A stretch of DNA of 38,152 nucleotides from a virus. Lineage: Duplodnaviria; Caudoviricetes. Position numbers and translations under genes: made by a program. The stretch lies in the IMG/VR virus record IMGVR_UViG_3300033420_000015, positions 1 through 38,152 of that record. One strand, written 5' to 3'. Shown here piece by piece: positions 27,484 to 36,962 of the stretch. Each line of letters starts with the position of its first letter. Position 1 is the first letter of the stretch. A model generated the notes under the pieces. That model saw only the letters and a list, made by a program, of their open reading frames with translations. It did no database searches and was not told where the DNA came from.

Positions 27484-27828
27484 ATGTCAAGAGAGTCATT
27501 ATATAATTTAGATTGCACAATAAGAAGTAAATCATCCATTACAGACGATTATGGACAATATATTTATTCTTATTCCTTTAAATCTACAGAAAGATGTGCA
27601 TTTATTACTCTTACTGGTGGCGAGATTATAGCGTTGGGTTTACCTTCTTCAACCTTGGCAATCAGAGTATATCTAAATAATGATGTAGATATAGTAGAAA
27701 ACGACGAGATTATATTGGAAGGGAATATATATGAAGTCATTTGGATAAATGAATTAGGGCATGTTACGGGGCTTACAGAGGGTATTCAAGTTGATTGTAA
27801 ATGGATTAGTTTTTGCGTAGGTGATTAA
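27484..27828 (+). CDS. Head closure paralog 3 (minimal form)
   Basis: DDYGQY, DIVENDEIILEGNIYEV, GIQVDC; canonical position before the gp10-like gene. Confidence 0.75.
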   Translation: MSRESLYNLDCTIRSKSSITDDYGQYIYSYSFKSTERCAFITLTGGEIIALGLPSSTLAIRVYLNNDVDIVENDEIILEGNIYEVIWINELGHVTGLTEGIQVDCKWISFCVGD

Positions 27829-27843
27829 TTCGTATATATTTAC

Positions 27844-28104
27844 ATGACAAAAATAGAACAAATAGTATCAAAATATCTAGATAAGGTTGGGGAAAGAATA
27901 GTAATTGATGCAAAAGATAACTTTAATTCTAGGACTGGCGCATTAAGAGAATCAATTCAAATGCAGAAAAATGGCGATAAATCTATATATGTTGGTTCAG
28001 ATAAGGAATACGCACTTTATTTAGAATGTGGCACTAGGAACATTACGCCAAGAGCATTTTTAAGAAGAGCGGTATATAACAGGAATAATTACAAGGTATA
28101 TTAA
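27844..28104 (+). CDS. HK97 gp10-like neck/tail completion protein
   Basis: RTGALRESI, YALYLECGT, PRAFLR. Confidence 0.85.
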   Translation: MTKIEQIVSKYLDKVGERIVIDAKDNFNSRTGALRESIQMQKNGDKSIYVGSDKEYALYLECGTRNITPRAFLRRAVYNRNNYKVY

Positions 28105-28105
28105 T

Positions 28106-28483
28106 ATGAGTAATAGAGCATCAGATTTGAATAGATGGTTGATAACAGAGTGTAAAGCGAATATAAACACTACTGTATATGTAGGTATCGCTCCTGAAGG
28201 TGTTTGTCATCCTTTTATAACATTGAATATAATTGGTGATAATCCTAAATATACAACTTGCGAAGACATAGGCACTTACGATGTTCAGTTTTCGGTATTT
28301 GAGACAGCTGAAAGATTAAGTAATGTTCATGATATTATTGATGAATTGAGAGATTACTTTGATGATAGACAGGATTCAGTGGATGGTATTGATATAGTCC
28401 AGTATACGAATAATTATATATTGAATGACCCTGAGAATAAAGGATGGCAGGGTATATTGCAGTATAGAATTCATATGGAATAA
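28106..28483 (+). CDS. Tail terminator (gp17/DUF3168-like)
   Basis: VYVGIAPEG..HPFIT, VQFSVF; synteny. Confidence 0.75.
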   Translation: MSNRASDLNRWLITECKANINTTVYVGIAPEGVCHPFITLNIIGDNPKYTTCEDIGTYDVQFSVFETAERLSNVHDIIDELRDYFDDRQDSVDGIDIVQYTNNYILNDPENKGWQGILQYRIHME

Positions 28484-28484
28484 A

Positions 28485-28982
28485 TCAATTTTTATTATAT
28501 TTGCTTAAATTATCTTCTGCCCATAGTGGTTGAAGGTTTGTATAGTGAAAGCATTTCTTTTGTTCTTCTGGGTTTGTTAAATCAAATGAAACACAGGGCT
28601 TTATGTGGTCTATGTGCCAGTCACCATGATTCTCCCATGTCATACCTTCTTTAAATTGTGATTCTAAGTATGACCGAACATCTTGAATTGAACACCCTAG
28701 TAGCTCTATAGATTTAAAGGCTTTTTTCCCGTGTTGTGTTCTGATTGCTGTTGTAATTCGTCCACGAAGAGTGTGTATTAATTTGTATGTTGTATCTGTT
28801 TCTAGACGACGTTTTTTATATTGCTTGTGATATTCTGTTCTCTTATTATTTAGATAATATTGTTTACTATATTTTTTATCATATTTCTTTCTACTTTCCT
28901 TGAAACATTCTTTACATTGATTATGTTTTGAATGAAATTCACTCTCATTTTTCTCAATTTTACATTTACTACATATTTTCAT
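28485..28982 (-). CDS. Free-standing HNH endonuclease with N-terminal Zn ribbon
   Basis: CSKC..CKEC, MTWENHG.WHIDHIKPC, FHYTNLQPLWAEDNLSK; opposite strand to the tail operon. Confidence 0.88.
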   Translation of the reverse strand: MKICSKCKIEKNESEFHSKHNQCKECFKESRKKYDKKYSKQYYLNNKRTEYHKQYKKRRLETDTTYKLIHTLRGRITTAIRTQHGKKAFKSIELLGCSIQDVRSYLESQFKEGMTWENHGDWHIDHIKPCVSFDLTNPEEQKKCFHYTNLQPLWAEDNLSKYNKN

Positions 28983-29135
28983 ATTAATCCCTTATTACAA
29001 TTTATTATATAACAAATTAGCCATTATAACAATAGTTTTTCTTATCTAGAAAATATATACGATATAAAAACGTATATATTAAGGTAAGCTACTAATTGTG
29101 TTAGCTAATCTAGAAAAATTAATGGGAGGTATGAA

Positions 29136-29477
29136 ATGGCACACGGAAAAACAGGATATGTTACAGTTGGCTCAACCACTTGGTGTGCAATTGAGTGGAG
29201 TGTAACTGGTTCAATGGAAGAGGTTGATGTAACTACTTTTTGTTCTTTAGGAGTGAAAGAATTTGAAGCTGGCGTAGAAGAATGGGAAGGTTCGGTTACA
29301 ATGTACACTACTGTTGGAAATATAATGGGATTAACGGCTGGAGTTGTACTAGGTAACGAAGATTGTGAATATTCAGGTTCAATTCTTTTCAATTCACATG
29401 AAGCGACAAATCCAGTAGGCGATATGTTTGAATCTACTTGGGGATTTAAATTCAATGGTGTAGTTTCAATTTCCTAA
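29136..29477 (+). CDS. Major tail tube protein (minimal, 113 aa)
   Basis: WSVTGSMEEVDVTTF..KEFEAGVEEWEGS; sits between terminator and chaperones; GGAGGT RBS. Confidence 0.8.
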   Translation: MAHGKTGYVTVGSTTWCAIEWSVTGSMEEVDVTTFCSLGVKEFEAGVEEWEGSVTMYTTVGNIMGLTAGVVLGNEDCEYSGSILFNSHEATNPVGDMFESTWGFKFNGVVSIS

Positions 29478-29507
29478 TAACATTTAACAATACTAAAAGG
29501 AGCTATT

Positions 29508-29981
29508 ATGTTAGAGGTAATCAATCCAGAATTTGATGTAATTATAGGAGAAAAGAGTTTTGTTTGCAAAGCTCTTTCTCTTAATTCTCTTTTGAAACTA
29601 TCACGTCAACTTAAACAGAAAGACTATATAAAGAATGCAGAGTTGATTGCACAGACATTGCCAAAAGAACAACGTGGTAAATTCATGTTGGACACTTTAA
29701 ATGAAATGGGAAAACCCGCTTCAAATGGTGATGAATTCGCTTTTGCAGATGCTTTATTCACAACGGTTTATGGAATAACTGAAATCATTAAGTATGCAAT
29801 ATTGAAATATAATAAGATTGACGATAAAGAATTGGATAGTTTAATTGATGATAACTTTACATCAGATTACTTCCAATATCTATCTGAAGTAGCTTATAAG
29901 ATTCTAGGTGTTAAGTCAGATACACCAGAGGAAGAAGCTGAAGATAGTAAAAAAAAATCAGAAGATACAACGACGAAATAA
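29508..29981 (+). CDS. Tail assembly chaperone (gpG-like)
   Basis: Position between tube and tape measure; ends at a slippery A9. Confidence 0.75.
   Translation: MLEVINPEFDVIIGEKSFVCKALSLNSLLKLSRQLKQKDYIKNAELIAQTLPKEQRGKFMLDTLNEMGKPASNGDEFAFADALFTTVYGITEIIKYAILKYNKIDDKELDSLIDDNFTSDYFQYLSEVAYKILGVKSDTPEEEAEDSKKKSEDTTTK
29949..29957 (+). other. -1 programmed ribosomal frameshift site (A9)
   Basis: The -1 frame is open from 29957 and in frame with ORF 30020-30331. Confidence 0.75.
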
Positions 29982-30331
29982 CAGTTGATTGGTCAAGAGA
30001 TATAGCCACAATATGTAAGGTGTTTAATTATACGCCTGATATTGTGGCTTCTTTTTCTATACAACAATTACGCATATATAAGTCTTATGCATACAAATGG
30101 GATTATATATCATGCTCACAAGGTAATGGATTAAAGCCTACAGAGTATGATGAAATCTTTGCAACTGAATCGGTAATGCTTAAAAATCGTAAAAATAGTT
30201 ATAACAAGAGAGATAAGATGTTACCTGCGATAGCTGCGTTGAATGCAGAAGGTATAGCAAATCCTAATATGAAACAGGTAAATAGTAAGATTAACGAGCT
30301 TATAGAACTTAATAGAGGTATAAATGGCTAA
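29957..30331 (+). CDS. Tail assembly chaperone frameshift extension (gpT-like)
   Basis: IRRYNDEITVDWSRDIATICKVFNYTPD...; no good RBS before 30020. Confidence 0.7.
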   Translation: MRRYNDEITVDWSRDIATICKVFNYTPDIVASFSIQQLRIYKSYAYKWDYISCSQGNGLKPTEYDEIFATESVMLKNRKNSYNKRDKMLPAIAALNAEGIANPNMKQVNSKINELIELNRGING

Positions 30332-32522
30332 TATAATTGATAATGTTGCGATACAGATTGATGCTGATTTAACTCTTTTTGATAAGAAATTTCAAGGAAT
30401 AAAGAACGAGTTAAAGAAGATTCAGAAAATTACTGTTGATATAGAACAAACAGGTAAGGCTGGTGGAGGTGCAGGAATCGGTGCTCTTGGTGCTGCTGGT
30501 TTAGGTGCTGGTTTAGGTGCTGGTTTAGCTAGTAAGGCTGCTTCTACAGATAGTGGTATTAAAGGAATAACATCAGCAAAAAAAATCATTGACGAATCAC
30601 GTGAAGCTATGTTGAGATATAAAAAGGCTGCTGAAAGCGTTCCGCCTCTTGATTTAACTGGACAAAATAAAATAGACATAGGTGTTTTTAATAATGCATT
30701 AGAGGAATTGGGAATAGCACTTAAAGAATTGCAAATGTCTAAGATAAAGATAAGAATATTAGCTAACTTTAAAGAGTTATCTGAAAGAGCTAAATTATTT
30801 TACCAACAGATGAAAGCAGTAGCCGTAAAGATTGGTGTTGCATTTAAAAAAGCATTCAATTATATAAAGGTTAAAGCGTTAATAGCGTTTACCGCCATAA
30901 CTGCATATGGTGCTAAAGCCGTTATGTCATTTGCTGCCGAAGAGAAAGCACTTAGAAATTTAGGTAATGCTATAGACCAATATGGAGAAGCTTCTGCCGA
31001 TGCCTTACCTGCTTTAAAAGAAATGGCTAATGCAATTCAAGAACAAACTGGTATTGAAGATGATGTTACATTGGCTAGAATGGCTAGTTTAAGATTACTT
31101 GGAGTTGAAACCGATAAATTAGGTGATGCTTCTAAGGCTGTTATTGGTCTTACAAAAGCTGGAATTGGTGAAGAAACTGCTATTCGTGCTGTTGCTGCTG
31201 CTAGAAAAGGCGACTTCACAATGTTGACTCGTTATATTCCTGCTTTAAGAGTTGCTACTACGGAACAAGGTAAGGCTGCTGCTATAAATGATTTTGTAAC
31301 TAAACAATATCGTTCTCAAAAAGATGAATTAGATACTCTTAGTGGACGTTACAATGAGTTTAAGACTTGGGTTGGAGAAGCTAATGAGGCTGTTGGCAAA
31401 GCTATTTCAGAGAACTTAATGTTACAGAATATGTTTGCTAATTTAACTGCTAGGATTAAGTTATTGATTGAAAGTGGTAAAATTAAAGAATGGGTTGATA
31501 AAATTATTGCTTCTATGAGACAATTAATTCAATGGTTAGTTCAATTTGGTAATGCAATAAAAACGATATGGAATTATAAATTTGACATAGCTCTTACAGC
31601 AATAGCAATAGGACTTACTAAAATGTCAATTGCGGCGATACCAGCTATAAAGAATATATGGGCTTTAGTTGCTGCTACATTTGCTTATAGTAAGGCATTA
31701 GGTGTTGCTACTACAGCTCAAATAGTTTTTGGAACAATACTTAAATCTAGTTTATTTGTTGGTGCTCTTGCTGGATTAGCTGCTATAATTGCAAAAGGAT
31801 ATGAAGCTAGAAACGCATTTGATAAACTTTCAGAGTCAATGAGAAATGTAAAATCTCAAGGTGATGATATGTTTAAGGTTTTTGGAACTAGAAATGCAAG
31901 CACTCTTAAAACAGCTACAGATATGCTTAATAGTGGAGACCCTAAAAAGATTGCTACTATTAAGAAGTTATATCCAAAAATAGTTGCTGAAATTGAAAAG
32001 GCTAAGAATGCTACTAAAGATTTAAAAGAAGAGCAAGAAAAACCGATAGATATTGCTGGTGTTGCTCCTATGAAAGAATTAGAAGATGCAACAAAAGATA
32101 CTCAGAAAGCGTTTGAAGCATTAAAGCAAACAGTAAGTCAAGGTGCAGGAGCTACTTCAATATTTGATTCTGTCTTGGAAGGAATGAATACTCTTATAGG
32201 TGGAGCAGGTACAGCAAGAATACCTGAATATTTACAAGGTATTACAAAAACGATGAACAACCGAATAGGTAACGGAGATACAGGTAGTCCAGAGTTACTA
32301 GCACTTCAGAAAATATTTGATAGAGTTTCAGGTTATTTCAAAGATGTAGGTGAAATATCAAACTCTATTGGTACTGTAGATGTAAATGGCTCAACAGGAA
32401 GTAGTCAGCAAGTATCAATGGCCACACAAATAGTAAACGCAATACAGAACCAAACGGAAACATTAGTGAAATCATTAACAGGTATAGAGAAGTCAATCGG
32501 CAATATAGCGTTTGTTCTATAA
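30324..32522 (+). CDS. Tape measure protein
   Basis: 732 aa, Ala-rich and helical with hydrophobic stretches; follows the chaperones. Confidence 0.9.
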   Translation: MANIIDNVAIQIDADLTLFDKKFQGIKNELKKIQKITVDIEQTGKAGGGAGIGALGAAGLGAGLGAGLASKAASTDSGIKGITSAKKIIDESREAMLRYKKAAESVPPLDLTGQNKIDIGVFNNALEELGIALKELQMSKIKIRILANFKELSERAKLFYQQMKAVAVKIGVAFKKAFNYIKVKALIAFTAITAYGAKAVMSFAAEEKALRNLGNAIDQYGEASADALPALKEMANAIQEQTGIEDDVTLARMASLRLLGVETDKLGDASKAVIGLTKAGIGEETAIRAVAAARKGDFTMLTRYIPALRVATTEQGKAAAINDFVTKQYRSQKDELDTLSGRYNEFKTWVGEANEAVGKAISENLMLQNMFANLTARIKLLIESGKIKEWVDKIIASMRQLIQWLVQFGNAIKTIWNYKFDIALTAIAIGLTKMSIAAIPAIKNIWALVAATFAYSKALGVATTAQIVFGTILKSSLFVGALAGLAAIIAKGYEARNAFDKLSESMRNVKSQGDDMFKVFGTRNASTLKTATDMLNSGDPKKIATIKKLYPKIVAEIEKAKNATKDLKEEQEKPIDIAGVAPMKELEDATKDTQKAFEALKQTVSQGAGATSIFDSVLEGMNTLIGGAGTARIPEYLQGITKTMNNRIGNGDTGSPELLALQKIFDRVSGYFKDVGEISNSIGTVDVNGSTGSSQQVSMATQIVNAIQNQTETLVKSLTGIEKSIGNIAFVL

Positions 32523-32536
32523 AAAGGAGATTAATC

Positions 32537-33397
32537 ATGGCTTGGAAAGAATTGTCATTAGAATGGGAATTAGAGTTAAACGGATTCAATACATTAGGCG
32601 ACCAAATAGGAACTGGAACTAGAGTATTTGAGGAGTCAGCAGGAAGTTTTGGATGCACTACAACCCTTCCAGAAGTTGGCGACAGCATGTATGACCCTTA
32701 CTCTACAACAACCTATTCAAATATAGTTTGCACAAGTATAAATTACAAACGAAGAGGAACAGGTGCAGATGGTTTAACTGCCACCGCATCTTACGCTTCT
32801 CCAGAATTAGGTGGTTCACCATCTCAAACTGATGAAGATAAATCATCAGGTTCATTCTCTGCTGATTTGGTTACTCTTAATGTGCAAGGTGGAACGACAT
32901 GGTTTTGGTATACAGATAACACTAAGGATGGTGCTACAACAGTATTCCCATTTGATATAGTTAATGATAACGGTGGTCCATGTGCCGAAAATCTACCAAT
33001 AGCAATTACACAAATACAAAGAACAAAAAGAGTGCAATTTGAAGATGATGCAGCTTTGGACGCTTGGATTCCTAATGTTGCTCTATATGGTGGTAAATTA
33101 AATAACGCAGACTTCCTTGGGTTTAAAAAAGGACAGGTTTTAGTCGGTGGTATAACTGGCTCTAAGAATGGTGGTATTTGGGATGTTGACATTGTATTCA
33201 TTGTGCGATTAATAGGAAATGGAATAACACAAGATGATTGGAATTATATGCCTAGTGATGCCGAAGGAGCTACATTGTTCCACAGACCTGTTAAAACGAT
33301 TGCAGAAATAAGTCCTGGTGCTGGTTTAGTTACGGCAAATGCTCAAAGTTATATGTATGGTTATGCTGCTATAGAAGAGCTATTAGACGTTGACTAA
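32537..33397 (+). CDS. Tail tip/distal tail protein
   Basis: Position after TMP; LPEVGD, GKLNNADFLGF..GQVL..G pattern. Confidence 0.6.
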   Translation: MAWKELSLEWELELNGFNTLGDQIGTGTRVFEESAGSFGCTTTLPEVGDSMYDPYSTTTYSNIVCTSINYKRRGTGADGLTATASYASPELGGSPSQTDEDKSSGSFSADLVTLNVQGGTTWFWYTDNTKDGATTVFPFDIVNDNGGPCAENLPIAITQIQRTKRVQFEDDAALDAWIPNVALYGGKLNNADFLGFKKGQVLVGGITGSKNGGIWDVDIVFIVRLIGNGITQDDWNYMPSDAEGATLFHRPVKTIAEISPGAGLVTANAQSYMYGYAAIEELLDVD

Positions 33398-33430
33398 CTA
33401 GAATCATCATCTGGAATCTAAAGGAGTTAT

Positions 33431-36400
33431 ATGAGTAATCTATCAGTAAGGACAGAAACAAAAGAATATGGTCGTGGAGATAAGGGTATTTTTGCATCTG
33501 ACATGAATTACCTTTTATCTAATGCTTCCAATTCAATCAATTATATAGCTCAAAATGCAATTAGACTTGATGCAGATATTGATAAAACATGGAAGATAGA
33601 GAAGAATGGTAGTGGCGGGGTATTAATCAGACTAGGCTTTATATGGCGTAATGGTATCTTTTGCCGTATGACTGATGACTACAGTGGCAATTTATCTGCA
33701 AAAGTAAATGACGAATTAAATTACGTTCATATATTTGATACCAATAATCCAGTTGAAAAACCAGAAGAGGAAGGAACTATACCTCATGGCGGATTAACAA
33801 ATTCAAGTTCTATTTGGTATGTTGCTGCTTTATCTAGTGACGAAGGTGATACAAATATTGATAAACTTGCAGATTGGTTTCAGGCAACTCATACAACCAC
33901 TCAATCTATCCTTCCTAATCGTTATCACATTTTGCAGGTAACTAGAGATGAATTGCAATATCTATATAGCGGATTAGATACACATATTGATTCATGCTTA
34001 TATCCTATTGGTTGTGCTAATTTTACTGGAGCTAGTGAAGGCGTTACAGGTAAGTTAATAAACATATCAAATACATTCCTTAAACAAAGCATTAATGAGA
34101 AGAGAGAATTGTTTCCTTGGGATTTGATGCATTATGACAGGAAAACGGCAGAATTATATATAAACATCGGAAACATTGTAATTGATGGCGTAAGATATGA
34201 CGCTGGTGATTGGGCTACGACATCATCTTTATTTCCATATAATATTTGTTCAGTAGTGAGTCTTTCAGATGATATTAATTATGTTTATGTTGAAGCGGAT
34301 TTAAGTTCTATTATTCCAACATTTCTATTTAAAAGTACGGCTACTCTCGCAAATATTGTTGACGAACCATCCATATATCGCAGACTGTTATATACAATAA
34401 AGATAGACGCTTCCGATTATTGTAGGGTTCTTGAAAAAACAAGACACGTTTCTGAAGACCTTATAATCGGGACTGGTGGCGATAGCATTCTTCCATTTAC
34501 TTTCAGAGAAAAAGATAACTACCTTAATGTTTATCTACGTGATACAACAAAATCATATATACTGAATGGACAACCTCTTTATTCCCATGTTGATACTTTG
34601 GGAGCTAACGTTGATAATAATTGGTGGAGAGTTGCATCTGTAGACTCTCCTACTTATGGCACTCCTATAACTGTATATATTTATCTCCGTAAAAAAACAA
34701 CATCAAGTGGATTTGACATATCTAACGATGAAGGTTCTGCTTGGGATTTATCTATAGCGACAACTGACGACGCTTATGAAAGTGCAATACCTCTATGCAA
34801 TATAACAAAGAATCTAGATGGTTCTTGCACATTTGAATATCATCGCAAAGGTATTATAAATCTTGAAAATGGCTTCCCTGATACAACTCAGAACTTGATT
34901 TGTGGTGCTAATGATACTATTCTTCAAAACTCAATTGAACGCAAAGGCTCTTATTATAATGGTGTTTTACAGTTATATGGTATTGATAACCCTCAAGCTC
35001 CTACACAAGCATTTGAAGATGTTATGTTTGTGCTTAGAGATAAGAACGATACAACAACATTGACAAGCATTAGATATATAACTGGACAGGATTTAATTGA
35101 TGCTATTGCTAGTGGAACAGATTGCGAAGATTGCTTTAATGACCATTTCTGGATTTGGTTTTGTGACCAGATTGAAAACCACTCAAATGAAGAATCTGAC
35201 CCTCCGCCTTGGCAATGTTTGATAGATTTTATTGGTGACAACTCTGCAAACGCTCATGCAGAATTAACTGACTTGGTTGCAGGAACAGGAACAGATGACC
35301 ATGTAGATGCAGTTCGTGACACTACGCTTGGCAGAGGGACTAATGTATCATATCTGAATCTTGATGGAAATGCATTACGTAACTCATTTAGTATTGATGC
35401 ATTATTGGGAGATTCTTCTGGTATAGACTCAATTTCACCCGGTCGCAGATATCTACTTGATACTACAATTATGGTAGATTGGTTCAGTGGTTTATTGCAA
35501 GACCACGCAACAGGAACTAATAATAACTTATGCCTTGATTGGCTCAATGGTTTCTTATATGACGTAAATGGCTCTTTTGCACAAGTTGAGTGGCATGACG
35601 GTAAAATGTTTGACGCTTCTGCTAAATGGTCTGTCTTTTGGAATGATAGACAATTATATGCTTCCGATGGTTCTACTTTATCTTTAGATTGGGCAAATAG
35701 AGAATTATATGGTTCAAATGCTAAATTAACACTTGATTATGATGGGTGTTATCTGAATAATTTAAGTGAAACTACTACACTTAATTGGAACGACTGTATA
35801 CTATATGATGGAAGTTACCAAAGCGTAGACTGGAGAAACAGAGCATTATATGGTTCTAATGGCTCTACTATTGTTTTGGATTGGAGTGTCGCATCAACTC
35901 TTTCTATGAGTGATGGGACAAGCATAACAACGACCAATGGAGATATTAATTTAAACGCCGCCTCTGGGCAAATAGTTAATACAAACGCTGCATTACAAAC
36001 ATTAAGTTTAGTTGATACATCTCGCTATATAAGTCTTGACCCAAATCAGCGAACACTTAATGATACTAGTGAAGCAACGGTTGTAGATTGGGATGATGGA
36101 AACTTTAATATTCCTTCAGATTCAAAAACACTTACATTAGGTGCATCTGCGGATATGTCACTATCTTATAATGGTAGTGCTGCAAAAATAGAAACAGGAT
36201 TAATTAGTGCTTCTGATTTACAGATAGATTGCGGGGCTAATAAGACTATATTATTGACAGAAGTTGTTTATCAGGATATAGACTTCCCGATTATCATTAG
36301 GACAACAGGAGCTGGTATACCTACACTTGAAATAATCAATGGTAATCTTACTCTACCTCAATGGCAAGTTAATGATTTTAATATGTCGGAGTCACAGGAA

Positions 36401-36775
36401 TTCATACATGCTTGGAAAGAAGGAACAGAAGTTAGCTGGCATATACACTATACAACAAATGGATTAGACGCAAGTGATAGATATGTTAAGTTTGAATTGG
36501 AATATGGTTATACTGTAGCTGGAGTTTGGACATTCCCATCTTTATTAACAACTGCTGATATATTGATACCAGCTAATACTGCCAATAAGACTATGATGAT
36601 TATGCCATTAGGTAGTTTTACTCCTACTGGCTCTCATATTGGTGACCATTGTGTGGCAAGATTAAAGAGAGTTGCTGCTTCTGGAACTGCTCCTAGTGGC
36701 AACCCTTGGATTCCTATGTTGCAAATGCACGTTCGGTGTGATACGATTGGTTCAAGACAGATAGGTTCAAAATAA
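33431..36775 (+). CDS. Large tail tip/receptor-binding fibre protein
   Basis: 1114 aa, modular, with repeated (S/T)(L/V)DWxxRxLY units. Confidence 0.7.
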   Translation: MSNLSVRTETKEYGRGDKGIFASDMNYLLSNASNSINYIAQNAIRLDADIDKTWKIEKNGSGGVLIRLGFIWRNGIFCRMTDDYSGNLSAKVNDELNYVHIFDTNNPVEKPEEEGTIPHGGLTNSSSIWYVAALSSDEGDTNIDKLADWFQATHTTTQSILPNRYHILQVTRDELQYLYSGLDTHIDSCLYPIGCANFTGASEGVTGKLINISNTFLKQSINEKRELFPWDLMHYDRKTAELYINIGNIVIDGVRYDAGDWATTSSLFPYNICSVVSLSDDINYVYVEADLSSIIPTFLFKSTATLANIVDEPSIYRRLLYTIKIDASDYCRVLEKTRHVSEDLIIGTGGDSILPFTFREKDNYLNVYLRDTTKSYILNGQPLYSHVDTLGANVDNNWWRVASVDSPTYGTPITVYIYLRKKTTSSGFDISNDEGSAWDLSIATTDDAYESAIPLCNITKNLDGSCTFEYHRKGIINLENGFPDTTQNLICGANDTILQNSIERKGSYYNGVLQLYGIDNPQAPTQAFEDVMFVLRDKNDTTTLTSIRYITGQDLIDAIASGTDCEDCFNDHFWIWFCDQIENHSNEESDPPPWQCLIDFIGDNSANAHAELTDLVAGTGTDDHVDAVRDTTLGRGTNVSYLNLDGNALRNSFSIDALLGDSSGIDSISPGRRYLLDTTIMVDWFSGLLQDHATGTNNNLCLDWLNGFLYDVNGSFAQVEWHDGKMFDASAKWSVFWNDRQLYASDGSTLSLDWANRELYGSNAKLTLDYDGCYLNNLSETTTLNWNDCILYDGSYQSVDWRNRALYGSNGSTIVLDWSVASTLSMSDGTSITTTNGDINLNAASGQIVNTNAALQTLSLVDTSRYISLDPNQRTLNDTSEATVVDWDDGNFNIPSDSKTLTLGASADMSLSYNGSAAKIETGLISASDLQIDCGANKTILLTEVVYQDIDFPIIIRTTGAGIPTLEIINGNLTLPQWQVNDFNMSESQEFIHAWKEGTEVSWHIHYTTNGLDASDRYVKFELEYGYTVAGVWTFPSLLTTADILIPANTANKTMMIMPLGSFTPTGSHIGDHCVARLKRVAASGTAPSGNPWIPMLQMHVRCDTIGSRQIGSK

Positions 36776-36787
36776 AAGGAGGACAAA

Positions 36788-36928
36788 ATGAATAAGAAGC
36801 TAGAGGAAATGACAGAGATTGAGATTAAGGCTATGTTATATGAGCAAATTGTTGTGTTGGAAAGAACAAAAAACAACATTAACATACTGCAAAATAGACT
36901 TCAAGAGTTAGAAAATGATAAGGAATAA
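36788..36928 (+). CDS. Small coiled-coil protein (46 aa, not in ORF track), possible fibre chaperone
   Basis: AGGAGG RBS; MNKKLEEMTEIEIKAMLYEQIVVLERTKNNINILQNRLQELENDKE*. Confidence 0.65.
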   Translation: MNKKLEEMTEIEIKAMLYEQIVVLERTKNNINILQNRLQELENDKE

Positions 36929-36962
36929 CATTTAGTGTAATTCGTATATATCTAGGAGAGTT

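Noticed and set aside
30480-30530. GGTGCTGGTTTA tandem repeat in the tape measure gene
   Set aside because: Short Gly/Ala/Leu low-complexity coding repeat, common in tape measure proteins
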